A stretch of DNA of 64,000 nt from Firmicutes bacterium HGW-Firmicutes-9 (GCA_002841395.1 PGZM01000005.1:142556-206555), one strand, 5' to 3'. Numbered from the stretch's first letter, positions 19,720 through 29,905 are shown. Numbers and translations are program-made. Notes: a model not told the origin generated them from the sequence alone.

Positions 19720-20619
19720 ATGTATTATTTTTTATCCCTGCTCATCGGTATTTTCGTCGCCGTGATGATCACCGTCAACGGCGGCTTAACGTCGCTCTAT
19801 GGCATCTATTCCGCGGCGGTCATCATCCATATCGTGGGGCTGATTCTGATCGGAACGATTATCCTCTTCCGCCGGGAAAAACCGTTTGCCAAGCGGTTCC
19901 CGTGGTATTTCTATATCGGCGGCGTGCTTGGCGTCGGCACCACCGCAAGCACCAACTTCGCCTTCGGTCAAATCAGCATCTCCGCAATTCTTGCGGTTGG
20001 GCTTTTCGGAATGAGCATCGCGGGCGTGTTGACGGATCAATTTGGTCTGTTCGGCATGAAGAAGCACCCGTTTCGCGCCTACCAAATACCAGGCATTCTG
20101 CTCGTGCTCAGCGGCATCATCTGGATGATGAATGGCGGGTTCTCCCTCTGGCCCGTGCTTGCCGTGTTTGGCTCTGGATTTCTGATCGTCGTTGCGCGCT
20201 CCTATAATGCGCGTCTCGCGAGCGAGACCAGCGTGTTTGTCAGCACATTCTATAACTATGTGTGCGGGCTTGCGACGGCTTTTCTGGTGTTCCTCTTCTT
20301 TGGGCTGGAGGAACCGATCTGGATGGAGTTTCGCCTTTCGCCGCATTTCTGGACGTATCTCGGCGGCGCGATCGGCGTATTCACCGTATGGCTGAGCAAC
20401 GTCGTTGTGGTGAAGATACCGCAGTTGTATATCACGCTGCTGATGTTTGTAGGTCAGGTGTTTACGGGTGTACTGATGGATGCGCTCATCGACGGCGCGG
20501 TTTCCACACAGAATATCATCGGCGGGGTGTTGGTGTCCCTCGGACTTGCGCTGAATCTGCTGTTTGAGCGGCGCGCCTCCCGGCGGCTGACGGCTCAGCG
20601 CAATCTCGTCGAGGAGTAA
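19720..20619 (+). CDS. DMT-superfamily membrane protein, duplicated DUF606 (YdcZ-like)
   Basis: About 10 TM segments and an N-terminus VNGGLTSLYG typical of DUF606. I chose the ATG at 19720. Confidence 0.75.
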   Translation: MYYFLSLLIGIFVAVMITVNGGLTSLYGIYSAAVIIHIVGLILIGTIILFRREKPFAKRFPWYFYIGGVLGVGTTASTNFAFGQISISAILAVGLFGMSIAGVLTDQFGLFGMKKHPFRAYQIPGILLVLSGIIWMMNGGFSLWPVLAVFGSGFLIVVARSYNARLASETSVFVSTFYNYVCGLATAFLVFLFFGLEEPIWMEFRLSPHFWTYLGGAIGVFTVWLSNVVVVKIPQLYITLLMFVGQVFTGVLMDALIDGAVSTQNIIGGVLVSLGLALNLLFERRASRRLTAQRNLVEE

Positions 20620-20769
20620 CGTCCCGCATCATTGAAAAAACCGGCGCGTTTGTACCAACGCGTCGGTTTTTTGTTTGCCTACGTTCTTTCAACATATCAT
20701 GAATTTGATGATGCGCGCATCGCAAAACGATGATATGATCGACGCAGATCAACCGCGGGGGAACTTCGC

Positions 20770-21636
20770 ATGAATTTCTATGTGTCCGCAATTCGCGATA
20801 CCGTCGAATATATCGAATGCAACCTGGGCGATAGCCTGTCTCTCGCTGCGCTTTCGGCGCAGGCCGGGATTTCAGACTTTCACTTTAACCGGATGTTCAA
20901 GACCGTATCCGGCATGACCCTCAAGCAATATGTGCTTGGCAGAAAACTCTCCAGAGCGTGTCAGCAGATCGCGTCAACGGATCAGACGGTGCTCGATATC
21001 GCGCTGAATCTGGGGTTTGAGTATCCGGAGGTGTTCAGCCGTGCGTTCAAAAAACAGTTCGGCATCGCTCCCTCCGAAGTCCGGCGAAAGCGGGCACGCG
21101 TGCAAGAGATTAAAAAAGCGTCGATTGTCGAGCGGGATATCGTCAATTATCGCGGGACGCTCGCGCTCAAGGGAAACTGTGTGTTTCTCGACGAACTCAC
21201 GCTCTGTGGTGTGTTCACCCGGGCGGACACGAACGCCGGGACGTTCGAGCGCGATCTGCGTCAGCGAAACGGGGCGTTTCTTACGCAGTCGGCGGAAGAC
21301 GAAACATTCCGGCAGGATTTGTTCTACACCGTTGTCAGCTGCGGCGGCAGGGAGAACGGTGAATACGACGTGTTCTGCGGAAAATCACCCGTGGGCGAAG
21401 TAAGTATGGATGGGTATGATTCTTTTCACGTGCCGGGAGGCTGGTACGTCAATTTTAGCTATCACGGGGATATGTTCGACATCAGCGACGTGTTCATCGA
21501 CGACCTGTACAAATGGATCATGGTCAAAGAGGCGCAGATCAACCCGAACGGCATCGGCATGTTGAATATCTACCGCAGCGATTATCTGGAGAACAACGCG
21601 GTGCGAATGTTGGTGCCGATCAAAAAGCCCGTATAG
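20770..21636 (+). CDS. AraC-family regulator with a GyrI-like effector domain
   Basis: N-terminal HTH_18 pattern (FHFNRMFK...GFEYPEVFSRAFKKQFG) and a C-terminal GyrI-like half. Confidence 0.85.
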   Translation: MNFYVSAIRDTVEYIECNLGDSLSLAALSAQAGISDFHFNRMFKTVSGMTLKQYVLGRKLSRACQQIASTDQTVLDIALNLGFEYPEVFSRAFKKQFGIAPSEVRRKRARVQEIKKASIVERDIVNYRGTLALKGNCVFLDELTLCGVFTRADTNAGTFERDLRQRNGAFLTQSAEDETFRQDLFYTVVSCGGRENGEYDVFCGKSPVGEVSMDGYDSFHVPGGWYVNFSYHGDMFDISDVFIDDLYKWIMVKEAQINPNGIGMLNIYRSDYLENNAVRMLVPIKKPV

Positions 21637-21682
21637 TCAGCAAGATTTGTCATGAAGCAAACAGCTTAACGTCATAGAATCA

Positions 21683-21709
21683 ATACCGGGGAGACAACCC
21701 GGTATTTTT
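21683..21709 (+). terminator. Intrinsic terminator
   Basis: ATACCGGG-gagacaa-CCCGGTAT followed by T5. Confidence 0.6.
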
Positions 21710-21732
21710 ATGACAGGAAAGGATGCGTTTGT

Positions 21733-22611
21733 ATGGGCAGCTTGCAGGCCTCGATCACGAGGGCAATGATCAAAAAATCCGACATGTGGAATCATCCGCT
21801 GGACGAGATTCGAAAAACGATGGAGGCGATACCGGATTCGGAGGGGATTCCGGAAGGGATATTGCAGGAATTCTCGATACTCAACGGCGTTTCAATCGAG
21901 ATGTTTCGGCACGCGGAGAAAAAACATGACAAAGTGATGCTCTATTTCCACGGCGGCGGATTCTGCCTCGGCGTCTATCCTGCGAATCGCGCGTTCGCGG
22001 CGACGCTTGCAAAAGAAACGGGGATGGACGTGGTGCTGCCGGACTATCGCCTTGCGCCGGAGCATCCGTTTCCCGCCGCGCTGGAGGATGCGATTGCGGT
22101 CTACAAGGGACTTTTGCACAGCGAAGGCTACCGCGCAGAGGATATCGTGATTGCGGGGGATTCCTCCGGCTGTGCGCTGGCGCTTTCCGCACTGATGGTG
22201 CTCCGCCGAAGCGGCGAACCGATGCCGGAACGGTGCGCGTTCATCACGCCGGTGTTTGACCTGGCGGGTACGGGCGAGAGCTTCCGCACCAAGGCCGCAA
22301 AAGACCCGTTTCAGCTCCGTGACCCGCTTGGCATCGCAAAGATTTATGTTGGGGATAACACGCCGACGATGCCGGAGCTTTCGCCGCTGTTCGGCTCGCT
22401 GTCGGGGTTGCCTAAGATACTGATTCAAGCCGCGGAGCATGACGTGTTCCTGAGCGACGCGCAGCGAATGACGGAGCGGGTGAACAAGATGGGCGGACAG
22501 GCGGAGCTGCGGCTTTGGAAACGGATGTGGCATGTGTTCCCGATGCAGCATGCGTTTGTGCCGGAGGCGAAGCAGGCGCTTAGCGAGTTTTGCGCTTATC
22601 TGCGCGACTAA
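21733..22611 (+). CDS. Alpha/beta hydrolase (hormone-sensitive-lipase-type esterase)
   Basis: HGGGF oxyanion motif and GDSSG nucleophile elbow. Confidence 0.85.
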   Translation: MGSLQASITRAMIKKSDMWNHPLDEIRKTMEAIPDSEGIPEGILQEFSILNGVSIEMFRHAEKKHDKVMLYFHGGGFCLGVYPANRAFAATLAKETGMDVVLPDYRLAPEHPFPAALEDAIAVYKGLLHSEGYRAEDIVIAGDSSGCALALSALMVLRRSGEPMPERCAFITPVFDLAGTGESFRTKAAKDPFQLRDPLGIAKIYVGDNTPTMPELSPLFGSLSGLPKILIQAAEHDVFLSDAQRMTERVNKMGGQAELRLWKRMWHVFPMQHAFVPEAKQALSEFCAYLRD

Positions 22612-22639
22612 ACTCATCTGTAGGCACAGCGCAAAAAAA

Positions 22640-22676
22640 CCTTGAACCGCCGGGGGGACGGTTCAAGGTTTTTTGT
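22640..22676. terminator. Bidirectional terminator
   Basis: CCTTGAACCG...CGGTTCAAGG flanked by A7 and T6. Confidence 0.65.
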
Positions 22677-22712
22677 TTCGTCTGTAGGTTGCGTTGTTTC
22701 TGACTATTATAA

Positions 22713-23126
22713 TTAATCAGACAAGGAAGCCAGATCAAGCTTATTGATATCATCCAAAACGGATGGCACCATACGGTATTGATCCAGTTCGTCGAATGTA
22801 GTCCAGGAAAACGCGTCGTGCTCGCTGGACAATTGAACGGTATCCGAATCGGCTTTACACAAGAACGTGATGCCGACGATCTGCGTATCGTCGCCGCGGA
22901 AAAAGCTCCAAGTTTGGAGCGGACGGATGATTTTTGCAGTTAGACCGGTTTCTTCTTTTAGCTCTCTGGCAAGAGCTTCTTCTGGCGTTTCTCCAAACTC
23001 CAATCTTCCGCCGGGGAATTCCCAATAGCTGTGCTCGCCTCTTGCATTGCCAGAGCGCTTAACGAGAAGGAACTTACCATCGAAAAACAGTAGCGCTTTG
23101 ACAGCGACAAAAAATAGACGATCCAT
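22713..23126 (-). CDS. NUDIX hydrolase
   Basis: Nudix box GGRLEFGETPEEALARELKEETGL. Confidence 0.9.
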   Translation of the reverse strand: MDRLFFVAVKALLFFDGKFLLVKRSGNARGEHSYWEFPGGRLEFGETPEEALARELKEETGLTAKIIRPLQTWSFFRGDDTQIVGITFLCKADSDTVQLSSEHDAFSWTTFDELDQYRMVPSVLDDINKLDLASLSD

Positions 23127-23167
23127 TTGCTACTCCTGCTGCGTTGCTGGCAGGTGAAAGATCGAAA

Positions 23168-24367
23168 TCAATAACCCGCCAGAATATCCCCGATATGATT
23201 CTTCAGATATTTATCCTTGGTGTAGACAAAGTTCTGCGAAACGATGTAGTTCTGCCCGTCGTCCCAGAGGATAGTCTCGGTTTTATCGTCGGGGTTTGCG
23301 CGTCCGGTGACAGTTGTGGCACGGTTGTGGATGCGGTTGGCGAGCAGAATCATAAACTGGTTCTTCTCCGGATCGACCGAGAAGTGGTTGCCGGTAAATC
23401 CGTTGAGCGCGATGGTCTTGTGCCCGAAATACGCAGGCACTTCGCTGAAGGTTTGATCCGGCTGCTTGGAATAGCAAAGATAGCCCATATACTGCGAATC
23501 CGTGCCGTTCGGCAGCTTTCCGCCCGTACGGTTGACGCCGATTTCGAGCAGGGTCTTGCGGCTGAGCAGCGCGTCGTCCAACAACCCGCGCGCGAGAATT
23601 GTCATGTCGTCGAGGCTGGCGAACACGCCCGCGTGTCCGCAGGGAGCGGGACGCTCGGCATTTAGTACTCTCGCTTTCGGGTCATGTACCGTTCCCGGCG
23701 GGCAGGCGGTGTCCAGAAAGAAAGCGCCGTTGACAATCCTTCGCTCATAGTTGCAGTTCACAGTCTCGGATAAAAGCGCTTCCGGCACCTCGGCAAACGT
23801 GCGCGTCATGCCGAGCGGACGCACGATATTTTCGCGGAGGAAATCCCAGAAGAGCGTGTCCGCCGCAGACTCGACGATGTATTTAAGCACCATCGATCCC
23901 ATATCGGTATAGTATTTTCGTACCGCAGGAGGCCCAAGCCGGATATCAAACAGCAGCAGTTCCGCTTCGTCGGCGGAGGAAGCCGCGTCCATGCGCGCGG
24001 TGGTTTGCAGCTGCGCACGGAAGCACAGTAAATCTTCGATGGACACATCCTGTATCTGGATAAAACGCTTATCCACGCTGCCGACGGTCTGGTCGAGCCG
24101 GAGCTTGCCGCGCTCCATGAGCTGCAGCACCGCGATGCACGTGAAGAGCTTTGTGACGGAGGCAAGATCGAAGACGGAGTCGGTCTCAAGTGGAGCCATG
24201 TCCGGCACGAACGCGCCGTTTTTCAGCCGCACTTCGCGCAGATTTCCGCGGCAAAACGCTTCTCCGCGCGTGCGATCTCCATAGGAAATCGCGATGCCGC
24301 TGATGATTTTCCGCTCGTCCACCAGATGGCGGACGCCCTCTTCCAGCCGTTGTCTCGGATCTGTCAT
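23168..24367 (-). CDS. Serine hydrolase, beta-lactamase/PBP4*-like family
   Basis: S-x-x-K motif SVTKLFT and family-typical length. Confidence 0.8.
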   Translation of the reverse strand: MTDPRQRLEEGVRHLVDERKIISGIAISYGDRTRGEAFCRGNLREVRLKNGAFVPDMAPLETDSVFDLASVTKLFTCIAVLQLMERGKLRLDQTVGSVDKRFIQIQDVSIEDLLCFRAQLQTTARMDAASSADEAELLLFDIRLGPPAVRKYYTDMGSMVLKYIVESAADTLFWDFLRENIVRPLGMTRTFAEVPEALLSETVNCNYERRIVNGAFFLDTACPPGTVHDPKARVLNAERPAPCGHAGVFASLDDMTILARGLLDDALLSRKTLLEIGVNRTGGKLPNGTDSQYMGYLCYSKQPDQTFSEVPAYFGHKTIALNGFTGNHFSVDPEKNQFMILLANRIHNRATTVTGRANPDDKTETILWDDGQNYIVSQNFVYTKDKYLKNHIGDILAGY

Positions 24368-24415
24368 GCCTGTGTGAGATCTCCTATCGTTTGGCGCAAA
24401 GCGCCTGTTATTTCG

Positions 24416-25642
24416 TTAGTGGTTGGTATCTTCTTTTCGTAAAATCAACGCTTCGTTCTTCTTTGCCCAGTTCTTCGCAAACGCCTTTTTCACGGGAACA
24501 TCTTCAAAATTTTTGGGATCATACTTGCCGTAAAATGCGGCTTCTTCAATCAGCGCGCGGATCAACAGCTCGTCCATGCTTGCTGCGGCCTGCGAAACAG
24601 CCGCCATCCAACTCTTCTCCAGCGCGTCGCGCTCGGCGTAGAACTCCGCGGGAACAGCTTTGCCGATCAGTGCGCGGCGGAAACGCTCCCCTTCGCGCCA
24701 GTAGCGCGCGGCGGATTCGTCGTCCGGCTTGACCACGGGGCCGCGCGTGGGATTGCCGAAGCGATATGGTTTATAGAGTGAGACGCAAGGCGTCGACGTG
24801 CCCGTGAGGAACACCGTCGGCGCGCCGTCGTCGAGGCGGATGACCATGCTCGCGGTGGAATGATCGCCCACCATGCCGCCGTAGTGCATGCAGCAGCTGG
24901 AGACAGACCCTTCCGCAAAGGGGTTTTTGACGCGCTCGTCGTGGCTTCGCAGCGCGCGCATGATGTCCTCCTCCGCATTTGCGGTGGGCAAGGCGCAGCC
25001 GCTCGCGGATTTTCTTTGCTTGCTGCCGGAAAAGTAGCTGTACAGCGGGTCGGAATGGGTCTTTGCAAAGTCGCAAACCCCGCCGCCGTAACGCTCGCCG
25101 TCCGCGTGGATGCTCAGGCGGTTGCTGATCGAGGCACGCGGATAGCTCTTTACCACCCAGCTTTTACGGCAGGTTTCAAGCACGAAGAGCTTGTTCTTGT
25201 CCATGACGAGAAACGCGTTATCATAATAAAACGTATGATCAAAGCCGCAGTTGCCGCCCTGACCATAGGTTTCCAATAGCTCGATGATCACGTTGACCGC
25301 GCGCTCCGCGCTCTCCGCGCGTTCCAGCGCGAGTCGTAATAGATCCATGCCCGTCAGGGACGGTTGCCCGTACTTCCCTTTGGTAAACACCGCCTCGTTG
25401 CCAATGGCGACACCCGCTTCGTTGACGCCGATCTCCGCACCCCACATCCAGACCGGACGCGAGAGCAGAACGCTCAGCGTTTCCCGCGCCTGCGGAATCA
25501 GCCGGTAGGTGCAGGCAACCTCTCCGCCGTCATAGATTTGTGCGGGATAGAGCTCTGTGACCTGCGCCTCATTCGGGCTGCGGTCGCTGTTTTTGCCAAA
25601 GAGCGCATAGGAGCCGTGGAGAACGCCGAGCGTATCACACAT
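24416..25642 (-). CDS. C69-family (secernin-like) Ntn peptidase
   Basis: Starts MC (nucleophile Cys2). FGKNSDR, RPVWMWGAEIGVNE and GQGGN match the secernin/C69 pattern. Confidence 0.8.
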   Translation of the reverse strand: MCDTLGVLHGSYALFGKNSDRSPNEAQVTELYPAQIYDGGEVACTYRLIPQARETLSVLLSRPVWMWGAEIGVNEAGVAIGNEAVFTKGKYGQPSLTGMDLLRLALERAESAERAVNVIIELLETYGQGGNCGFDHTFYYDNAFLVMDKNKLFVLETCRKSWVVKSYPRASISNRLSIHADGERYGGGVCDFAKTHSDPLYSYFSGSKQRKSASGCALPTANAEEDIMRALRSHDERVKNPFAEGSVSSCCMHYGGMVGDHSTASMVIRLDDGAPTVFLTGTSTPCVSLYKPYRFGNPTRGPVVKPDDESAARYWREGERFRRALIGKAVPAEFYAERDALEKSWMAAVSQAAASMDELLIRALIEEAAFYGKYDPKNFEDVPVKKAFAKNWAKKNEALILRKEDTNH

Positions 25643-25874
25643 AGGTTACTGCCTCCTGACGAAAATTGTTTGCGGTTGTGTATCGGAAGTGCCAATCAAG
25701 CGGGTGTGTGTAGATCAGGGATAGATTGTATTCAGTATACCATATGTGAGCAATGTAACAAAACGAAAACAGGCGCGAGATAGTGATTGCGCGACACCCG
25801 AATCGCGGCGCGAACGGTTGTGAGAAGGTGTCAGGTATGATACAATACCCAGCGGAAAGATCAGGAGGCGGCAC

Positions 25875-26768
25875 ATGGATTTAGACCCGTTGGCGATCCG
25901 AAATTTGATCATCTGGATTGCGCTTGCGCTGTTGAGCACAATCCTCCTTGGCGGTGTACCGAGCTGGATTCGCTGCGCTGCGAGAAGGGCGGACCCCTCC
26001 GCGGCATCGGCGATGTTTGCGCTGCTGCTGACGGTTTCCTGCGTCGTGCTATTGCAGTTTACCGGCGGCATTCCGCGCGTAGTCATGATCACGCCGATGC
26101 AGCTTGTTTGGATCTGCGTTTGCGGCCTGCTTTCCGCGCTTGCCTGGCTGAGTCTGTTTACCGCGCTCACGGGCGGCAAGGTCAGCAAGGTGATGCCCGT
26201 GTACCTGATCTCGCACCTGATCGTGCTCTCGGCGTCTCATTTTCTGTTTGGCACGCCGATGGGATTGTGGAAAATTTGCTGCATGGTGCTGATTTTGTTG
26301 GGCATCGTGTTTATCGAGAGCAGCACCCAGCAGCTGCAGAACCAGCTCTGGTTTGTCTACGCGCTGATCGCGGTGTTCGCGACCGTGGGGTCGCAGCTGG
26401 TACGGCGAGGTCTCGTCGGTGAGACCATCGACACAACCGTGTTTGAAACCTGGCGTGCGGCGTCCGCGAGCGTTTTTCTCTGGCTCTTCGTGTTTCTGCG
26501 CAAAAAGCAGAAGACGCTTGGCGATTTTACCCCGCGCGCATGGCTTGGCGTGTTATTCTCCGCCGTGTTCCTTGCGGGAAGCTTCGCCAGTACGCACTTT
26601 TCATCACTGCGCGGGGACATGAGCGATCTTGCGCCAATCGGCATCCTCACGAGCGTGTTTGTGATGCTCTTTGCCCGTATGTTTCAAAAGGAAAAGCAGC
26701 CCGGCGCGTCGCTCTTCGGCACACTGTTGGTCGTTCTCGGTCAGTTTGGCATTCTGATGGGATTGTAA
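25875..26768 (+). CDS. EamA/DMT-type transporter
   Basis: Ten hydrophobic segments in two halves. AGGAGG RBS. Confidence 0.7.
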   Translation: MDLDPLAIRNLIIWIALALLSTILLGGVPSWIRCAARRADPSAASAMFALLLTVSCVVLLQFTGGIPRVVMITPMQLVWICVCGLLSALAWLSLFTALTGGKVSKVMPVYLISHLIVLSASHFLFGTPMGLWKICCMVLILLGIVFIESSTQQLQNQLWFVYALIAVFATVGSQLVRRGLVGETIDTTVFETWRAASASVFLWLFVFLRKKQKTLGDFTPRAWLGVLFSAVFLAGSFASTHFSSLRGDMSDLAPIGILTSVFVMLFARMFQKEKQPGASLFGTLLVVLGQFGILMGL

Positions 26769-26847
26769 ATGTGTCTGCGCCTTCGGCGCGGGATAATTTA
26801 AGTTGAAAATAAGTTCGCAAGAACAAGAAGGATAGAAAGAAGCAATC

Positions 26848-27519
26848 ATGGTAAAACTTTGCGTATTCGACCTTGACGGGACGCTCGTCAACACCCTGCA
26901 TGACCTCACAAACAGCCTCAACTACGCGCTCACAGCGTGTGGTTTTCCCACGCTGTCGGAGTCTCGCGTTGCCGCAATCGTCGGCCACAGCGTCAACTAT
27001 ATGTGCGAGCACGCGGTGCCGCCGGAACATAAAGATCAGGCGGAAACCGTGCTCAACTTGTATCGGGAACATTACAAAGAACATAGTCTCGATCTTTCGC
27101 ATGCCTACGACGGCATGATCGAAGCGGTGCAGAAGATCAAAGCCGCTGGTGTCACGGTCGCGATTGCAAGCAACAAACCGCACATGGATACGGTCAAGGT
27201 AGTGGAGACGCTCTATCCCAAAGACCTGTTCTCCATTGTGCTTGGGCGCATGGATAAGTTCGCCATAAAGCCCGCGCCGGACGTGCTGTATTTCATCATG
27301 GACTTCTTCGGCGTCACGGCGGAAGAATGCGTCTACGTTGGGGATTCGGATGTCGACGTCCAGTTTGCGCACAATGCCGGCATGCGCTGCGTCTCCGTCA
27401 ACTGGGGATTCCGTTCCGAGGAGGAGATTCTCGCGGCGGGTGCAACCTGCATCACGGGCGATCCGAAACGGGTGCCGGAGCTCGTGCTCAACGACCCGGG
27501 TAAAGACAGCGCCTGCTGA
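26848..27519 (+). CDS. HAD-superfamily phosphatase (phosphoglycolate-phosphatase-like)
   Basis: Motif I FDLDGTLV and motif IV GDSDVD. Confidence 0.85.
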   Translation: MVKLCVFDLDGTLVNTLHDLTNSLNYALTACGFPTLSESRVAAIVGHSVNYMCEHAVPPEHKDQAETVLNLYREHYKEHSLDLSHAYDGMIEAVQKIKAAGVTVAIASNKPHMDTVKVVETLYPKDLFSIVLGRMDKFAIKPAPDVLYFIMDFFGVTAEECVYVGDSDVDVQFAHNAGMRCVSVNWGFRSEEEILAAGATCITGDPKRVPELVLNDPGKDSAC

Positions 27520-27581
27520 CGCGCTTGATCAAATGATTACGTTCCGGTGCGGATTAGCCGCAATCCGGGAAAGGGCAACAC

Positions 27582-28148
27582 TTGCTGAGAAACGTTTACG
27601 ATTTTGACAATACGATCTATCGCGGGGATTCCAGCGTGGACTTCTTCCGTCATTGCGCGGTCAAGTTTCCGCGCATCTACTTCTGCGCCGTCGCATCCGC
27701 ACCGTGGTTTTTGCTGATGCTACTGGGGCTTGCGGACAAGACGCGCGTCAAAGAGCGCTTCTATCGCTACTTACGGCATGTACCGGATGTGCGCGAGGAA
27801 GTCGAGCGCTTCTGGGTGACACACGATAAGAACCTCAAGGATTGGTATTTTGCGCAAAAACGCGAGGATGATCTGATCATCTCCGCTTCGCCGGAATTTC
27901 TGCTGGAGCCGCTGATGAAGCGGCTGGGGCTTACCATGCTCGCCTCCCGCGTGACGCCCGAAACAGGCGTATATGAAGGAAGAAACTGCCACGGCGAGGA
28001 GAAGGTGCGCCGCATGCGCGAAGCGTACCCGGAAACGCAGATCGATCGCTTTTATTCCGACAGCATGAACGACCTGCCGCTGGCGCGGCTCGCGCGCGAG
28101 GCGTTTATGGTCAAAGGCGATGCGCTTTCGCCGTTTCCATTGGATTGA
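27582..28148 (+). CDS. HAD-IB-like hydrolase
   Basis: YDFDNTIY motif I. It uses a TTG start, so the start is uncertain. Confidence 0.65.
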   Translation: MLRNVYDFDNTIYRGDSSVDFFRHCAVKFPRIYFCAVASAPWFLLMLLGLADKTRVKERFYRYLRHVPDVREEVERFWVTHDKNLKDWYFAQKREDDLIISASPEFLLEPLMKRLGLTMLASRVTPETGVYEGRNCHGEEKVRRMREAYPETQIDRFYSDSMNDLPLARLAREAFMVKGDALSPFPLD

Positions 28149-28185
28149 CAGAGCACGAAAGACACGACAGGTAAGGAGAGAAACT

Positions 28186-28812
28186 ATGAAAGTAATCGCA
28201 ATCAACGGTAGCCCGCGCTTCAACGGCAACACGTCTATGGCGCTCAAGGCGATGACCGACGAGTTGGAACGTCAGGGGATTGAGACCGAAACGATCCAGA
28301 TCGGCAACCTCAGCATCCGCGGCTGCATCGCCTGCGGGCATTGCAGAACATCCGAAGGCAACAAATGCGTGTTTAAGGACGACTGCGTGAACGATGTCGC
28401 ACAGAAGATGCGCGAGGCGGACGGGTTTATCCTCGGGTGCCCGACGTATTACGCTGGCATTCCCGGCACGATGAAATCCTTCCTCGACCGTGTGTTTTAT
28501 AGTAGCACGCCCTATTTCCGGCTCAAGGTCGGCACAACCACTGCCGTCGTGCGCCGCGCGGGCGGCGTGGACGTCGTCCACCAGCTCAACAACTACCTCA
28601 ACCTTGCGCAGATGGTGATTCCGCCGTCGCAGTATTGGACCATCGCTTATGGGCGGGACAAAGGCGAAGTGGAAGGCGACGGAGAAGGCATGCAGACGCT
28701 CGTGAAGAACGCCCGCAGCATGGCGTGGCTGCTCAAGCTCATCGAAGCAGGCAAGGATAGCATCCCGTTGCCGGAAAACGAGCCGAAGGTCGTTACCAGC
28801 TTTATCCGATAA
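28186..28812 (+). CDS. Flavodoxin-like FMN reductase / iron-sulfur flavoprotein-like
   Basis: MKVIAINGSPR, and Cys cluster CIACGHC-x7-C. AAGGAGAG RBS before the ATG at 28186. Confidence 0.8.
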   Translation: MKVIAINGSPRFNGNTSMALKAMTDELERQGIETETIQIGNLSIRGCIACGHCRTSEGNKCVFKDDCVNDVAQKMREADGFILGCPTYYAGIPGTMKSFLDRVFYSSTPYFRLKVGTTTAVVRRAGGVDVVHQLNNYLNLAQMVIPPSQYWTIAYGRDKGEVEGDGEGMQTLVKNARSMAWLLKLIEAGKDSIPLPENEPKVVTSFIR

Positions 28813-28829
28813 GATTTCACGTAAGCGAA

Positions 28830-28853
28830 AGCCGCGCATATGCGCGGCTTTTT
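28830..28853 (+). terminator. Terminator hairpin, copy 1 of an identical 24-bp repeat
   Basis: AGCCGCGCATATGCGCGGCTTTTT. Confidence 0.65.
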
Positions 28854-28868
28854 TATGTCCTGCTATAA

Positions 28869-28925
28869 AATAGTTGACATAGTCCACCAAAATGACTATC
28901 ATGAAAGTGGACAGAGTCAACTATT
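28869..28925 (+). promoter_or_regulatory. Sigma-70 promoter (TTGACA-17-TATCAT) bracketed by an 18-bp imperfect inverted repeat (candidate MarR operator)
   Basis: TTGACA at 28874-28879 and TATCAT at 28897-28902. The arms ATAGTTGACATAGTCCAC and GTGGACAGAGTCAACTAT match at 15 of 18 positions. Confidence 0.6.
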
Positions 28926-28938
28926 ATGGAGGGACAAC

Positions 28939-29862
28939 ATGGGATTCGATCAGGATATGGTAGCCGATATTCGACAGTTCAACCGTTTCTACACGGACAT
29001 TTTAGGGCTGATCGATCAAGACATATTGGATTCCGGATTCTCGTTAACAGAGGCGAGAATACTATACGAACTATCCCTGGCGGGCGAAGCAACGGCGAAT
29101 CAGATTGCATCGCAGTTGCGTCTCGACAAAAGCTATATGAGCCGAATGGTTGCCGGCTTTGTTCGCGCCGGGCTTGTTACGCGAAGAGTATCGGATCAGG
29201 ATAATCGTGCTCTATTGCTGGAGCTGACGGAAAAAGGCAAAAAGACCATGGCGGAGCTTTCGGAACGATCCAACCTGCAGGTAAAAACATTGCTTGCTCC
29301 ATTGAAGGAAGAAGAGCGGCAGGAGCTTAAGGCTTCGATGCAAACGATTCAAGGTCTGTTGAAACAGTCCACGGAACGGTTTCAACTGCGCAGATTTGAA
29401 AATACGCCGCTCGAAGGCGCGTTCATTCTGCAAAAACAGCTGGAGATCTACGAGCGGGAGAACGGGTTCATATCGGACGTATGGAAGACCTTTCTTTCGG
29501 ATAGCGTGACAGAGATGCTGAAGAATTATAAGCCGGAGCGGGAGCGTGTCTGGTTGCTCGAGGTGGATGGCGTCTTAAGCGGTTGCATCGCAATCGTGCA
29601 GGCGGCGGAAGAAACGGCACAGCTTCGGTTCTTCTTTGTCGATTCCGGTTTACGTGGATTTGGTGCGGGAGAGTTGCTGATCAGTTCCGCGCTGCTGTAT
29701 TGTCGAGAGAAACAGTATCGAAGCGTTTTTCTTTGGACATGTGCTGATCTCAAAGCGGCCCGGCATCTCTACGCGAAGCACGGGTTTGTCATCACCGAAT
29801 CGCATGAGAATCAGGATTGGGGCGTTCCGGCTATCGAGGAACGTTGGGAACTGAAACTATAG
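28939..29862 (+). CDS. MarR-type HTH fused to a GNAT N-acetyltransferase
   Basis: The N-terminal part has a winged helix (LTEARILYELS...ANQIASQLRLDKSYMSRMV). The C-terminal part has GNAT motif A (FFFVDSGLRGFGAGELL). GGAGGG lies 5 nt before the ATG at 28939. Confidence 0.85.
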   Translation: MGFDQDMVADIRQFNRFYTDILGLIDQDILDSGFSLTEARILYELSLAGEATANQIASQLRLDKSYMSRMVAGFVRAGLVTRRVSDQDNRALLLELTEKGKKTMAELSERSNLQVKTLLAPLKEEERQELKASMQTIQGLLKQSTERFQLRRFENTPLEGAFILQKQLEIYERENGFISDVWKTFLSDSVTEMLKNYKPERERVWLLEVDGVLSGCIAIVQAAEETAQLRFFFVDSGLRGFGAGELLISSALLYCREKQYRSVFLWTCADLKAARHLYAKHGFVITESHENQDWGVPAIEERWELKL

Positions 29863-29881
29863 CCGAGATATTCGTTGCAGC

Positions 29882-29905
29882 AGCCGCGCATATGCGCGGC
29901 TTTTT
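29882..29905 (+). terminator. Terminator hairpin, copy 2 of the identical 24-bp repeat
   Basis: AGCCGCGCATATGCGCGGCTTTTT. Confidence 0.65.
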
